The notes beneath the pieces are model-generated. The model saw only the letters and a program-made list of their open reading frames with translations. It had not been told where the DNA came from and made no database searches. Shown one piece after another: positions 16,796 through 26,622 of a stretch of 64,000 nucleotides of DNA; the first letter of the stretch is position 1; each line of letters starts with the position of its first letter. Origin of the DNA: a virus (Duplodnaviria; Caudoviricetes); IMG/VR virus record IMGVR_UViG_3300021387_000661, positions 64,001-128,000 of that record; one strand, written 5' to 3'. The translations under genes and the position numbers were made by a program.

Positions 16796-18544
16796 ATGAG
16801 ATATACAAGTAAGGGATATTTCCCCCTTAATGAGAGTAAAAAAGCAAAGGACATCCAAGTTGTCTTTTTGTCATCCAGGGCAGAGAAGACTACAAAGAGT
16901 TCCAATTCAATGTTTTTCTTTGAAGAAGCAGCCAAGAAGGCAGGATTGAAATTGATTACCATTGATCCATCATCATCTACAATTTCAAAAGGTACTGGTG
17001 ATGATTATAATGTAGTTGAGGAAAATGGTGATGCAAAGAAGAATTTTACACTCAACCCAACCAATACGATTATCGTACCTCGTCGTACTGTTTTGAAGAA
17101 CATTGAATCAAGAGATTTCCTTACAGAACTACAGAATGATGGTTTCTTTGTATTGAACACATTGGATGCAATTGATAACTGTGAGGATAAGTTCATAACT
17201 TATAAGAAGTTGAAAGCATATGGTGTTCCAACTCCAAAGACAACTGTTGTTACCAGTTCATCAATGAATAAACTTCAGGAGAAGGTTGATGCAATTGGAA
17301 GTAATTTTCCTATCATTATCAAGATTACAAAGGGAACACAGGGTATTGGTGTTGCACAGATTGACTCAATGATTTCACTTAAGTCTGTCCTCCAGGCCAT
17401 CTTTGCACTTGTACCAAAGGCAGATATTCTTCTTCAGGAGAAAATCAATTCTGATTATGACCTTCGTATCCATGTTCTTTATAAGGGATTTGAAAGGATG
17501 ACACCAGGTATTGATAATTTTGAGATTATTGGATGTATGCAGAGAAATCAGCTTGCTGGTGATTTCAGAAGTAATTATTCTCTTGGTTCAACAGCAGAAA
17601 AAGGACACCTTACACCAGAACAGGAGAAGATTGCAAAGATGGCAGCAAAAGCAACTGGATGTAGATGGTGTGGTGTTGACCTTATTATGGACAGTAGGAC
17701 AAAGGCATCTTATGTTATTGAGGTTAATTCATCACCAGGTACAAAGGGTATTACAACTGCTGCCGGTGATGATGTTGTTGGAATATTGATGGATATGTTC
17801 AAGGACTTCAAATATACAAAGTATGATTCAGATCAGATTGGTAGGTATGAGACTGTTACATTCAAGAATCTTGATGATGGTGTTGATGCTGCTATGAAAT
17901 TTGATGATAGTAAGACATTCACAGAATTGGAATGTAGTTCGGTAAATGCAACTGATGATGATGTTACCTTCTTGTTCAATGGAGTTACTTATAAGGCAGA
18001 ACTTTCAGGTATGAGAAAGGGAAATCCTATGATTGAGTTAAACATTAAGTTCAATGGAACTATCTATAAAAATGAGTTGGTTGTATTGAAGACAGTCAAT
18101 GACAATATTAATAAAAATGTTGCTGTTGGTGGTAGTAAGTTTCTTCATAGAATTTCTGACAAGGCTGTTGTTGTAGAGAATTCATTCATCTTAACAGATA
18201 ACACAACTGGATTTGAAGTTCCAGTACAAAAACTTGATGAGGGTCTTGAAGTTAAGGAAAAGAAAGGTGATGAATTACTTGATTTAAAGGGATTGAAGAA
18301 ATTGTTCACAAGATTTATCAATGGTAGTCAGAATGTTTATGAATATGAAGGTTGGAAGATTAAGAGTGATGATGGTAGAGACAACTGGACATTAAAATTC
18401 AGAGGTAATGAAATAGTAGAGTGTAAGGAAAACTATAGTACATTCATTAGTGATTATTTGACTTTTGAGAAAGCATGTAAGGTTGCTGGAGTCATTGAAT
18501 CATTCTATGGACATGAAGTTGATTTATCAAAATACAATAAATAA
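16796..18544 (+). CDS. rimK: RimK-family ATP-grasp ligase fused to a degenerate RimB-like protease domain and an extra C-terminal domain
   Basis: PIIIKITKGTQGIGV, LLQEKI..YDLRI, FRSNYSLG, GVDLI and IEVNSSPG ATP-grasp motifs. Confidence 0.8.
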   Translation: MRYTSKGYFPLNESKKAKDIQVVFLSSRAEKTTKSSNSMFFFEEAAKKAGLKLITIDPSSSTISKGTGDDYNVVEENGDAKKNFTLNPTNTIIVPRRTVLKNIESRDFLTELQNDGFFVLNTLDAIDNCEDKFITYKKLKAYGVPTPKTTVVTSSSMNKLQEKVDAIGSNFPIIIKITKGTQGIGVAQIDSMISLKSVLQAIFALVPKADILLQEKINSDYDLRIHVLYKGFERMTPGIDNFEIIGCMQRNQLAGDFRSNYSLGSTAEKGHLTPEQEKIAKMAAKATGCRWCGVDLIMDSRTKASYVIEVNSSPGTKGITTAAGDDVVGILMDMFKDFKYTKYDSDQIGRYETVTFKNLDDGVDAAMKFDDSKTFTELECSSVNATDDDVTFLFNGVTYKAELSGMRKGNPMIELNIKFNGTIYKNELVVLKTVNDNINKNVAVGGSKFLHRISDKAVVVENSFILTDNTTGFEVPVQKLDEGLEVKEKKGDELLDLKGLKKLFTRFINGSQNVYEYEGWKIKSDDGRDNWTLKFRGNEIVECKENYSTFISDYLTFEKACKVAGVIESFYGHEVDLSKYNK

Positions 18545-18548
18545 ATAT

Positions 18549-18713
18549 ATGGGATGTAATTGTTCAAAAGATAGTACTCCTTTATCATTGAAACAGAAAT
18601 TGAGAAGGGAGTTTAAGCAGAAAGTTGCAGAGGTAAAAAAACTCTGGGAGGAAAGTGCTGATGGAAAGATTACATCAACAAAAGACCAATTAGGATTTAA
18701 ACCAAAAATATAA
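18549..18713 (+). CDS. Small hypothetical protein (MGCNC...)
   Basis: In-frame ATG at 18549 just after the rimK stop. Confidence 0.55.
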   Translation: MGCNCSKDSTPLSLKQKLRREFKQKVAEVKKLWEESADGKITSTKDQLGFKPKI

Positions 18714-18732
18714 AATAAAAACAGATAACATT

Positions 18733-19245
18733 ATGCTTAAGAAATTTAATGAATATATAGAGGAAGGTCTTATTTCAGATTTTCAGAAGAAACAGGAAGA
18801 AGTTTCTTCAAATGTATTGTCAGAGGAAAATAAACAATTTATAATTGAATTTTTAAGAAAAATGAATAGTGTTAATTTTCCTTGTGTATGTCATTTTGAT
18901 AACTGCTCTGTATGCTCTATAGAGAGGTATAATTTTGACGAAGAATCTGTTGGTGAGGACATTTATAAAGAATTAAAATCAATTAATCATATAAAAGATT
19001 CATTTGTTGAAAAGATTAAGATTAAAAGGAATGATATTATAGAATTTTCTGAAAAATTTGAAAAAAATAAATTATTAAATAATGCAATTTTAAAGTGGTT
19101 TAATGAAAGATTTGATACTTGGAAAGAAGAACATCCGATAAAAGTAAAAAAATCTGATGGGAAAGTATATGAAAAGCCAAACACATTTATGAGAGTTGGA
19201 TTTTTACTTGATTATAAGGATGAAATTATAGATGAAATATTTTAA
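18733..19245 (+). CDS. Hypothetical protein with capsid-targeting-like propeptide
   Basis: MLKKFNEYIEE|G. Confidence 0.7.
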   Translation: MLKKFNEYIEEGLISDFQKKQEEVSSNVLSEENKQFIIEFLRKMNSVNFPCVCHFDNCSVCSIERYNFDEESVGEDIYKELKSINHIKDSFVEKIKIKRNDIIEFSEKFEKNKLLNNAILKWFNERFDTWKEEHPIKVKKSDGKVYEKPNTFMRVGFLLDYKDEIIDEIF

Positions 19246-19254
19246 TAATATAAT

Positions 19255-19794
19255 ATGTTAAAGAAATTTGATGAATATATAAAGTCTTTAAATAAACAAG
19301 ATGAGAGTTTTATACCAGATGCACCTAAATCAACCCAAACTTCAGATGGTAAAGAAATAGCAGGAGTAAAGGAGGTTATTGAGATTGAAGGACTTGGTAA
19401 GATGAAGGTGAAATTAGATTCTGGGAATAGTGCCATCAACGCCTTAATAGTAAAAGACTATTATGAGGACAAAGATGAGAAGACTGTGAAGTTTGACTTC
19501 AATGGTGAGGAGAAGAAGTTTGATGTTGAGAAACACATCAGAATCTGGCATCATGGTAAATCAACTGAAAGACCCGTTATCAAAGTCAATATAAAGTTCA
19601 ATGGAAAGGAATATAAGGATGAACTTGTCGACCTCAAGATTTCTGACTTGACAGGTACAAAGAATTACAGAAGCAGGATGTTACTCTGCAAAGACTTTAT
19701 GTCCAGGGCCAATGTGGTGATTGATCCAAGTAAGGAGTTCAAACTGACTGACAAGAAAGACATAAAGAAGAAAAAGAAGAAGAGTGAGAGTTAA
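19255..19794 (+). CDS. RimB-like retropepsin-type aspartic protease (RimK-associated family)
   Basis: AGVKEVI, KVKLDSGNS, ERPVI and RMLLCKDFM...VVIDPS; N-terminus MLKKFDEYI. Confidence 0.75.
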   Translation: MLKKFDEYIKSLNKQDESFIPDAPKSTQTSDGKEIAGVKEVIEIEGLGKMKVKLDSGNSAINALIVKDYYEDKDEKTVKFDFNGEEKKFDVEKHIRIWHHGKSTERPVIKVNIKFNGKEYKDELVDLKISDLTGTKNYRSRMLLCKDFMSRANVVIDPSKEFKLTDKKDIKKKKKKSES

Positions 19795-19814
19795 AATCTC
19801 ACTCTTTTTTTTTT
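19779..19814. terminator. Bidirectional intrinsic terminator
   Basis: agagtgaga/tctcactct stem with a long T-run. Confidence 0.7.
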
Positions 19815-19815
19815 G

Positions 19816-20958
19816 TTATATACTGGATTCAAATAGTTTAATTACATCATCTATGTTGGTTGAAAATATTTCAATATAATTAAGTCCATTTTCTTTTGCA
19901 ATTTGTCTCTTGATTACATCTCTTACAGTCCAATTAGTTATTGCTTTATTATAATACTTTGATTTTTTAGATTTCCATTTTTCAACAATATTTAAATCAT
20001 CTTTATCATTTTTGTTGAATGGGTGTTTTCCATGTGTCCAATTTCCTTGTATTTCAATATATAAATCATAATCTGGTAAATAGAAATCACAATGATATGG
20101 ATATTGTTTAGAGTAATAGTTTCTTATGAATTTATAGTTTTGTTCAGAAAGATATTGAGAAAATTGTTCTTCTATATTTGAACTATTTGATGTATTATTC
20201 TTTTTCTTTGTTGAAAATATTTTATTTACTCTTTCTTTATTTTGGTCATTTAACTGTTCTTTGAATTTATCTGTTTTTGAATAGCTTGATACTCCATATT
20301 TTTCTAAACAAGTTTGTTTTGCTTTTTCTATATTGTTATAGTTTTTATCACCATATCTCTCTTCTTTTGTTATAAGTGCTTTAGAGTGATTGTTATAAAA
20401 TTCATATCCATATTTTTCTTTTTTGTGTAATTTTGCTTTTTCCTTTGAAGTATCATCTTGTGAAATATATTTTACACCTCTTTTCTTTATATTTGTTTCA
20501 ATGGACTTAATTTGTATATCTGGATTTTGCATTGGAAAATCATATCCAGTCTTTTGTTTATATGTTTGTTTTTGTTTCTCTACATATTCTGGTAACATAC
20601 TTGACATCTTCACACCATATCTTTCAAGATTTGTTTTGAATATTGATTCCATTCTTTCTGGAGATGTATATGCACATTTTTTTGAACAAAACTTTGTATA
20701 TCCTTCATAAAAGGACAAGAATTTACATCTGTTTTTACATATAGGACAAATACCTAATTCAAAAGTCATATCATTGTTGAAAAAATGATATAATTTTTGT
20801 GTGAATTTGAAATCTTGTGGAAAATTCCAATTACATAATATTGAATAAAGATGATTGAAATGTCTTGAAAATGACAATTCTCTTAAAAAGTTATAATTGG
20901 ATTTATCAGATAAGAATGATTTAACATCTTCAAAAGATGTACTTTGAATTTGTTTCAT
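19816..20958 (-). CDS. Free-standing homing-endonuclease-like protein (Zn ribbon + YG repeats + Vsr/PD-(D/E)xK-like nuclease)
   Basis: CPICKNRC..FCSKKC, ERYGV/EKYGV repeats, YHCDFYLPDYDLYIEIQGNWTHG; ATG 20958 preferred over TTG 20982. Confidence 0.7.
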   Translation of the reverse strand: MKQIQSTSFEDVKSFLSDKSNYNFLRELSFSRHFNHLYSILCNWNFPQDFKFTQKLYHFFNNDMTFELGICPICKNRCKFLSFYEGYTKFCSKKCAYTSPERMESIFKTNLERYGVKMSSMLPEYVEKQKQTYKQKTGYDFPMQNPDIQIKSIETNIKKRGVKYISQDDTSKEKAKLHKKEKYGYEFYNNHSKALITKEERYGDKNYNNIEKAKQTCLEKYGVSSYSKTDKFKEQLNDQNKERVNKIFSTKKKNNTSNSSNIEEQFSQYLSEQNYKFIRNYYSKQYPYHCDFYLPDYDLYIEIQGNWTHGKHPFNKNDKDDLNIVEKWKSKKSKYYNKAITNWTVRDVIKRQIAKENGLNYIEIFSTNIDDVIKLFESSI

Positions 20959-21083
20959 AAATATTATGTTACTTTGTATCAAGAGGATTTCAGAGGTTTA
21001 CCAGACCTCATTAATGAAGTCCTCTTTCTATATTTATGAAAGTTTTGTTATATTTAGAATATAAATTATAAATATGTTTTAGT

Positions 21084-22310
21084 ATGGCAAAAAGTTCAGG
21101 TGAGTTTACTTTTAATGATTTGAATAAAGAGATATCAAAAAACTCAAAATGGGGAGGACTTATGTCTGAACCTGGTAAGGGTGTATCAGAAATTACTGAA
21201 TATATTTCTGTTGGGAATTATGCTTGTAATGCATGTCTCAGTGGAAGTATTTTTGGAGGTATTCCTAATAATAGAATAACTGGATTTTCAGGCATTTCAG
21301 GAGTTGGAAAAACTTATTTATTACTCAATCTTGCAAGGGAAGCAATACTTAAAGATTATTTTGTTATATGGTATGATTCTGAAAATGCAATAGAATCAAA
21401 ACAACTCAAACAGTTTAATATTGATCCTACAAAATTTCGTTATGAACCAGCAACCAGTGTTGAAGAATTTAGAACATCAATAACTCAAATTATTGATTTG
21501 CTGACAGAAAAAAAGGAAGCTGGAATGTCTATACCTAAAGTACTTTTTGTTCTTGATTCACTTGGTGGACTTCCAAGTGCAAAAGAAATAGAAGATGCAA
21601 AAAGTGGTAGTGATAAAGCAGATATGACCAAGGCTAAAAAAATCAGGTCTATTTTTAGAATTATTTCTATGAAAATGGGTGTGATAGGTGCAACTATGGC
21701 ATTATCGAATCATGTGTATGAAAATACAAATGCATATGTTCCTACATCTGTTCAGTCTGGTGGTCAGGGTTTGGTTTATGGCGCAAGTGTTATTCTTAAT
21801 CTTTCAAAAGCAAAATTAAAAGAAGGTTCTGATAATACACAGACAGGTATTATTGTGACTGCAAAACCAGATAAAAATAGATTTTGTATTCCTCATACTG
21901 TTAAGTTTTATATAAGTTATATTTCCGGGTGTAATCCCTATGTAGGTCTGGAAGAATACATTTCATTTGAGAGATGTGGTATCCAGAGAGGTAAGTTCAT
22001 CACTGAGAAGGAATATCTGAAGAGTCCTAATGAAGACTATATCAGATGTGAGAACAATGGTGTTGTACAGTATTTCGTACCAAGTGAGACTGCCAGGGGA
22101 TATTGTCTTGATGATGGTACCACTATTCCTTTGAATCAGATATTCACATCCAAGGCATTCACCAAGGAAAGACTTGAAAGACTGGATGAGTATATCAAGT
22201 CAGAATTCAAGTATGCTGAAAGCAATGGTGTTGAGGAAGTCTTTGAAGATGATAATGAACCAGATGAGACTGTTGATGTGAATGATTTGATAGGAAGTCA
22301 GTTGAATTAG
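21084..22310 (+). CDS. uvsX: RecA/UvsX-like recombinase
   Basis: SGISGVGKT Walker A, WYDSENA, FVLDSLG, SNHVY and SGGQGLVYGAS motifs. Confidence 0.9.
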   Translation: MAKSSGEFTFNDLNKEISKNSKWGGLMSEPGKGVSEITEYISVGNYACNACLSGSIFGGIPNNRITGFSGISGVGKTYLLLNLAREAILKDYFVIWYDSENAIESKQLKQFNIDPTKFRYEPATSVEEFRTSITQIIDLLTEKKEAGMSIPKVLFVLDSLGGLPSAKEIEDAKSGSDKADMTKAKKIRSIFRIISMKMGVIGATMALSNHVYENTNAYVPTSVQSGGQGLVYGASVILNLSKAKLKEGSDNTQTGIIVTAKPDKNRFCIPHTVKFYISYISGCNPYVGLEEYISFERCGIQRGKFITEKEYLKSPNEDYIRCENNGVVQYFVPSETARGYCLDDGTTIPLNQIFTSKAFTKERLERLDEYIKSEFKYAESNGVEEVFEDDNEPDETVDVNDLIGSQLN

Positions 22311-22344
22311 AAAAAATCCAGGGTTTTATACTCTGGATTTTTTT
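22311..22344 (+). terminator. Intrinsic terminator after uvsX
   Basis: aaaaaatccagggt/actctggattttttt directly after the TAG stop. Confidence 0.7.
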
Positions 22345-22373
22345 GGATATGTCAGAAATTTTTATTATCTTTG
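22342..22373 (+). promoter_or_regulatory. Bacteroidota-type sigma-A (early) promoter
   Basis: TTTG (22342) + 20 nt + TATCTTTG (22366), matching the -33 TTTG / -7 TAnnTTTG consensus. Confidence 0.7.
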
Positions 22374-22398
22374 TAGTGAGAACAATAATAAAAAGATT

Positions 22399-22590
22399 AT
22401 GACATTTAAAATTTATCGCACTTCACACAGAGAAGTAAACTATCCAGGAGTTGTTGAGAATGATGGAAAATATTCAATTGAAATCAATTCTCTTGATGAT
22501 CTTGATAAAATTGAGAATACCTTTGAAGAGAAGTTAATTATCTCTATGAGGTATAAGACTATTGAGATCTATGATACTTACCGTGAGTAA
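22399..22590 (+). CDS. Small early hypothetical protein
   Basis: 63-aa ORF directly after a host-type promoter. Confidence 0.7.
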   Translation: MTFKIYRTSHREVNYPGVVENDGKYSIEINSLDDLDKIENTFEEKLIISMRYKTIEIYDTYRE

Positions 22591-22592
22591 TT

Positions 22593-22748
22593 ATGACAGC
22601 AATATATAAAGATTCTGTTGTTTCCTGTTATCCACAATATGTTGAAAATGGGATAACCTGGTATTGGATTCCTGGGACTGGTACTATTCCAGAAACAGAA
22701 CTATATTTTGGAGAATATAAACCAAATAGAGGAACTATGCCACTATGA
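22593..22748 (+). CDS. Small hypothetical protein (51 aa)
   Basis: Hand-translated MTAIYKDSVVSCYPQYVENGITWYWIPG...; starts 2 nt after the previous stop. Confidence 0.45.
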   Translation: MTAIYKDSVVSCYPQYVENGITWYWIPGTGTIPETELYFGEYKPNRGTMPL

Positions 22749-22868
22749 ACTTAAAAGGACAATGGAATAAATTTAATAAATTCCAACAATTGGATTTGAT
22801 ATTTTTTGCCAACAGAAAATTATGGAGACATTATTGGGGACTAAAGAAAAAATACTTAATTGAAAATG

Positions 22869-22899
22869 AAAAGAGTGAGGATTGAACCTCACTCTTTTT
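22869..22899. terminator. Bidirectional intrinsic terminator
   Basis: aaaagagtgagg/cctcactcttttt. Confidence 0.7.
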
Positions 22900-22901
22900 G
22901 T

Positions 22902-23759
22902 TTATTCTGTTTTGAATAAGAAGTCTTCAAATGAAAGAATTGTCTGTTGCTCATTGAGAATCTTCATATCATATTCATATTCTGTTGCCTCATCATATTC
23001 ATCATTACAGAATTCTTCAAGGAGTTTATCAAAGACTGTTATTTCAAGCCCTTCTTCTTCAAGGTCTGCCAAATCAGTTTCTTCTTCATTCTTGATTGCT
23101 GCTTTCTTATATACTTTATGTATGCTGCTTGAAAAATAATCCCAGATTGATTCAACCAAGTTTTTGAATGTCTTATTCAATTCTTTGTCATCTTTGAACT
23201 TTGCTTTAATTTCTTCAATTCTTTCAACATCAGCATCAGTAGTTTTTGCAAGATTAGTGAATTGTTTGTTGAATGTGGTTTCTGGTTTGAAAAGGAAAGG
23301 CTTCAATATACTCAATACTTCTTTGTTAAGTTTTAAATTACCATTTTCATTTACCAGATAAAGGAGTTTTTTGAAATTATCATCAGATGTCAATGTTCTG
23401 AAAAGTTTACCATGCTTTAGTAGGGGAATAATTTTGATATCAACAAAGTCATATGTTCTGTTTCTCTTATGTTCAGCGCACCATTTTTTGGATGCTCTTT
23501 TGAAATATACACCACTCTCTGCACCCTTTACATATGTTGGTCTTGATGGTTTCTCTTCTATGACACCAGCTTTAAATTTGTTCAAATCAACATCATATGC
23601 ATTCATCGCCTTTATATAGTCTTCTTTTGAGACTTTATAATATTTGATGTTTTCAATAGTAGGTCTGTTATTTGATGATTCTACACTTGAACTGTTATTT
23701 TCATAAATTGGTTCAGCATTTACCTGCTGGTTATAATAATCCTTAAATGTTAAGACCAT
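22902..23759 (-). CDS. Hypothetical late protein (candidate head-internal)
   Basis: Follows CATAAATA (23790-23797); MVLTFKDYY N-terminus and ILNE...ILSFEDFL C-terminus. Confidence 0.7.
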   Translation of the reverse strand: MVLTFKDYYNQQVNAEPIYENNSSSVESSNNRPTIENIKYYKVSKEDYIKAMNAYDVDLNKFKAGVIEEKPSRPTYVKGAESGVYFKRASKKWCAEHKRNRTYDFVDIKIIPLLKHGKLFRTLTSDDNFKKLLYLVNENGNLKLNKEVLSILKPFLFKPETTFNKQFTNLAKTTDADVERIEEIKAKFKDDKELNKTFKNLVESIWDYFSSSIHKVYKKAAIKNEEETDLADLEEEGLEITVFDKLLEEFCNDEYDEATEYEYDMKILNEQQTILSFEDFLFKTE

Positions 23760-23859
23760 AGTATTTTCCTTATTATATAAAGTATAAATTATTTATGGAA
23801 GGTTAAAAAAATTGTATCCTTGTTTGTTATTTTTATTATGATAAAAAATAGATGTTATA

Positions 23860-24126
23860 ATGATTGAATTAAACAAGGACAAAATTCAGGTAAGGTATAT
23901 AACCGGAATTAATAAATGCCTACCAGATTATCCAACACCACTTGATATACTTTATGAGAGTTGTGTGGAGAGTGCAGATAAGAATTTATTTTCAGAAGCA
24001 AAGATAGAAAATAGATATGGACTGGATGAAGATGGTGTAAAGAATATCATAGAATCACTTGAAAATCTTGAATATATTAAGAAAAATAACACGAGATATA
24101 AAATAGTTAAGACACCATGGGATTAA
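23860..24126 (+). CDS. Small hypothetical protein (possible winged helix)
   Basis: IIESLENLEYIKK...YKI pattern; overlaps the helicase start. Confidence 0.6.
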   Translation: MIELNKDKIQVRYITGINKCLPDYPTPLDILYESCVESADKNLFSEAKIENRYGLDEDGVKNIIESLENLEYIKKNNTRYKIVKTPWD

Positions 24127-25454
24127 AAACAAGTATAGATCAGGAAAAACTGATATTTGCATATGCATTGAAAAGACCACAGTACTTTTTGAGTATGGGT
24201 GGTGATTTTTATAATAATCCTGACATACAGTATCTGGCAAACAATGCCAAACTGTTCTTCCAAGAGTATAAGGAATCACCATCGAGGGAACAGATGAAGG
24301 CCATTATTAAAGGAGATAAGAAGGAATTACCTTCTGAAATTGTGGATAGTATCTATGATGTGGAAATCAATGCATATGATGATGAGTTCCTCAAGGACAC
24401 AACAGAAGGGTGGATTAGGTTCAGGTCTTTGAATCATAATCTGTTTGAAGCAGTGACTTTGGTTAAGACAACAGATATTACCCTGGAAAATGTAAATGAT
24501 GTTGTGAGAAGGGCTGCATCTGTTGTTGCTGATACCAACCTCATTTCATTTGACAGGGATTTGGGTGATGATTTCTGGAATCCTGAAAGTCATAAGAATA
24601 TAAAGGAAGATAAGATTCCTTCAACCTGGGAATATTGGAACAAAGTATCTCATGGTGGACTTGACCATAAGACTCTTACTGTGTATATTGGCGGTACTAA
24701 TGTTGGTAAGTCTATTGTCCTTTGTAATGATGCAGCAAGTTATGTGAGACAGGGTAAGAATGTCCTCTTCATCACTTGTGAGATGGCAAAGGAAAAGGTC
24801 ACCAGGCGTATATCTGCCAACCTTCTGGATATGACATTGGAGGATTATGACAAATTGGTGGAAGACCCTGTAAAGGTGAAGAGAAAACTCAACCAGTTCA
24901 TAAAGAACAGTTTCTTTGAACCAGGTAAGTTGAGAATCAAGGAACTACCAACTGGACAGGGTACAGTACTGGATGTTGAAAGATATATCAAGGAAGTTGA
25001 GGAGTCACAGAATTATAAAGTTGATGTGGTTATCATTGACTATATCAATATTATGTGTAATTATCGTCAACCAAACTCTGAAAATACTTATTTGAAAATC
25101 AAGACATTGGCTGAAGATTTGAGAGGTCTTGCAGTAAAGTATGATGTATTGATGATTACAGCATCCCAGATTGGTAGAGGTGCATTGGATAGTTCTGATA
25201 TTAATCTGACTGATGTGTCTGAATCAATGGGACTTATGCATACAGTTGATAATGGTATTGGTATCATTCAGACAGAGGAAATGAGGATAGGAGAACTTAT
25301 TGATGGTGTTGCTGTTCCTTATTACTGGATGAAGATTCTTAAAATCCGCGAAGGCGAGGGAAAAGGACATAAGTTCAGGGTTGATATCAATTATGATAAG
25401 ATGAAACTCATTGAAAGAACAGATTGTATAGATACAAATGATCATTTAGGATAA
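24117..25454 (+). CDS. gp41: Replicative DnaB-like helicase (T4 gp41 type)
   Basis: GGTNVGKS Walker A, FITCEM, VIIDYINIM, TASQIGR and SESMGL motifs. Confidence 0.9.
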   Translation: MGLKTSIDQEKLIFAYALKRPQYFLSMGGDFYNNPDIQYLANNAKLFFQEYKESPSREQMKAIIKGDKKELPSEIVDSIYDVEINAYDDEFLKDTTEGWIRFRSLNHNLFEAVTLVKTTDITLENVNDVVRRAASVVADTNLISFDRDLGDDFWNPESHKNIKEDKIPSTWEYWNKVSHGGLDHKTLTVYIGGTNVGKSIVLCNDAASYVRQGKNVLFITCEMAKEKVTRRISANLLDMTLEDYDKLVEDPVKVKRKLNQFIKNSFFEPGKLRIKELPTGQGTVLDVERYIKEVEESQNYKVDVVIIDYINIMCNYRQPNSENTYLKIKTLAEDLRGLAVKYDVLMITASQIGRGALDSSDINLTDVSESMGLMHTVDNGIGIIQTEEMRIGELIDGVAVPYYWMKILKIREGEGKGHKFRVDINYDKMKLIERTDCIDTNDHLG

Positions 25455-25455
25455 T

Positions 25456-26571
25456 ATGGCAAAAATACAAATAGGAAATTCAAATAAAGAGATTCAGAAC
25501 AATCTCTTTGTCAGGTCAAATTCATCTTCATTTGATGCAGATAGTTGGTATATTGATTTGTTTGGTATACTACCTGTATATGAGTTTTATGTTGATATAA
25601 ATAGGTGTGATGATGAAGACTTTGATATTTACAATGTGATTTATACCGACCTTGTTAAAAGTGGTGATTTCACATCAATTAAATATGAGTATAGTAAGTC
25701 AAAGGATAAGATGAAACCTAATTTTGAAAATGGACATAACACTTGTGTATCCAGATTTTATCTTGTATCAAATACAGAACCCATTGTGATTTATTATGAT
25801 TGTAATGGTCTTTATATCTTATCCCATCTTGGTGTTGACAAGATAAATGAGGTCTTTGAGAAATACCTTAAACAATATGATCAGGATGATGATAATGTCA
25901 AGTGTTATGTCATTGTTAAGGACCCTGATATGTACCTTGATAATTTTGATATCAAGCTTAATGGTGACCTGAATTTTGATTTATATAATGATGGGTTTGA
26001 TGAAATACACAAGAATATTGTAAATTCCATTGAGAATGATGAGAACGGTCTTTATCTTCTTTATGGAAAACCAGGTACTGGAAAGAGTACATATATCAGG
26101 CATCTTATCAAGGAGTGTGGAACTGATAAACGGAAATTTGTATATGTTCCAAGCGGATTGTTTGAGGACTTTACTGATCCAGGTATCCTTCCTTTCCTTT
26201 TGAGGAACAAGGGTTGTGTGTTTATCATTGAGGACTGTGAGAGTCTTGTTACCATTGATGGAGGAGGAAGGAGTGAAGGAATTACAGATTTGTTGAATAT
26301 GACAGATGGTCTTCTTGCGGATGCACTCAACATCAAGATTATTTGTACTTTTAACACTGATTATGAAAAGATTGATGATGCTCTTATGAGACCTGGTAGA
26401 TGTAGGTGTAAGTATGAGTTCAATTTACTTGATAAGAAGAAGGCAAATAAGGTTGCAAAGAAGTTTGGACTTGGCAAAGTAGATAGGGATATTTCCCTGG
26501 CAGAACTGTTTAATCCTGAATTGGATTTTGCAGAAGAAAAGAAAAGGAAGATAGGGTTCAGTGTAAATTAA
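25456..26571 (+). CDS. AAA+ ATPase
   Basis: LLYGKPGTGKS, FIIEDCE, LNMTDG, DDALMRPGR, C-terminal RKIGF. Confidence 0.85.
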   Translation: MAKIQIGNSNKEIQNNLFVRSNSSSFDADSWYIDLFGILPVYEFYVDINRCDDEDFDIYNVIYTDLVKSGDFTSIKYEYSKSKDKMKPNFENGHNTCVSRFYLVSNTEPIVIYYDCNGLYILSHLGVDKINEVFEKYLKQYDQDDDNVKCYVIVKDPDMYLDNFDIKLNGDLNFDLYNDGFDEIHKNIVNSIENDENGLYLLYGKPGTGKSTYIRHLIKECGTDKRKFVYVPSGLFEDFTDPGILPFLLRNKGCVFIIEDCESLVTIDGGGRSEGITDLLNMTDGLLADALNIKIICTFNTDYEKIDDALMRPGRCRCKYEFNLLDKKKANKVAKKFGLGKVDRDISLAELFNPELDFAEEKKRKIGFSVN

Positions 26572-26572
26572 A

Positions 26573-26604
26573 TTTGTAATTGTCAGGAAAAATCAGTATC
26601 TTTG
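26573..26604 (+). promoter_or_regulatory. Bacteroidota-type sigma-A (early) promoter
   Basis: TTTG (26573) + 20 nt + TATCTTTG (26597); shares TGTCAG and downstream TAGTG with the 22342 copy. Confidence 0.7.
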
Positions 26605-26622
26605 TAGTGTAAAGATAAAGTT

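Noticed and set aside
21084-22344. TAG-to-Gln recoding as in Lak megaphages
   Set aside because: Core genes are full length in the standard code, and the uvsX TAG is followed immediately by a terminator, so TAG behaves as a stop in this window.
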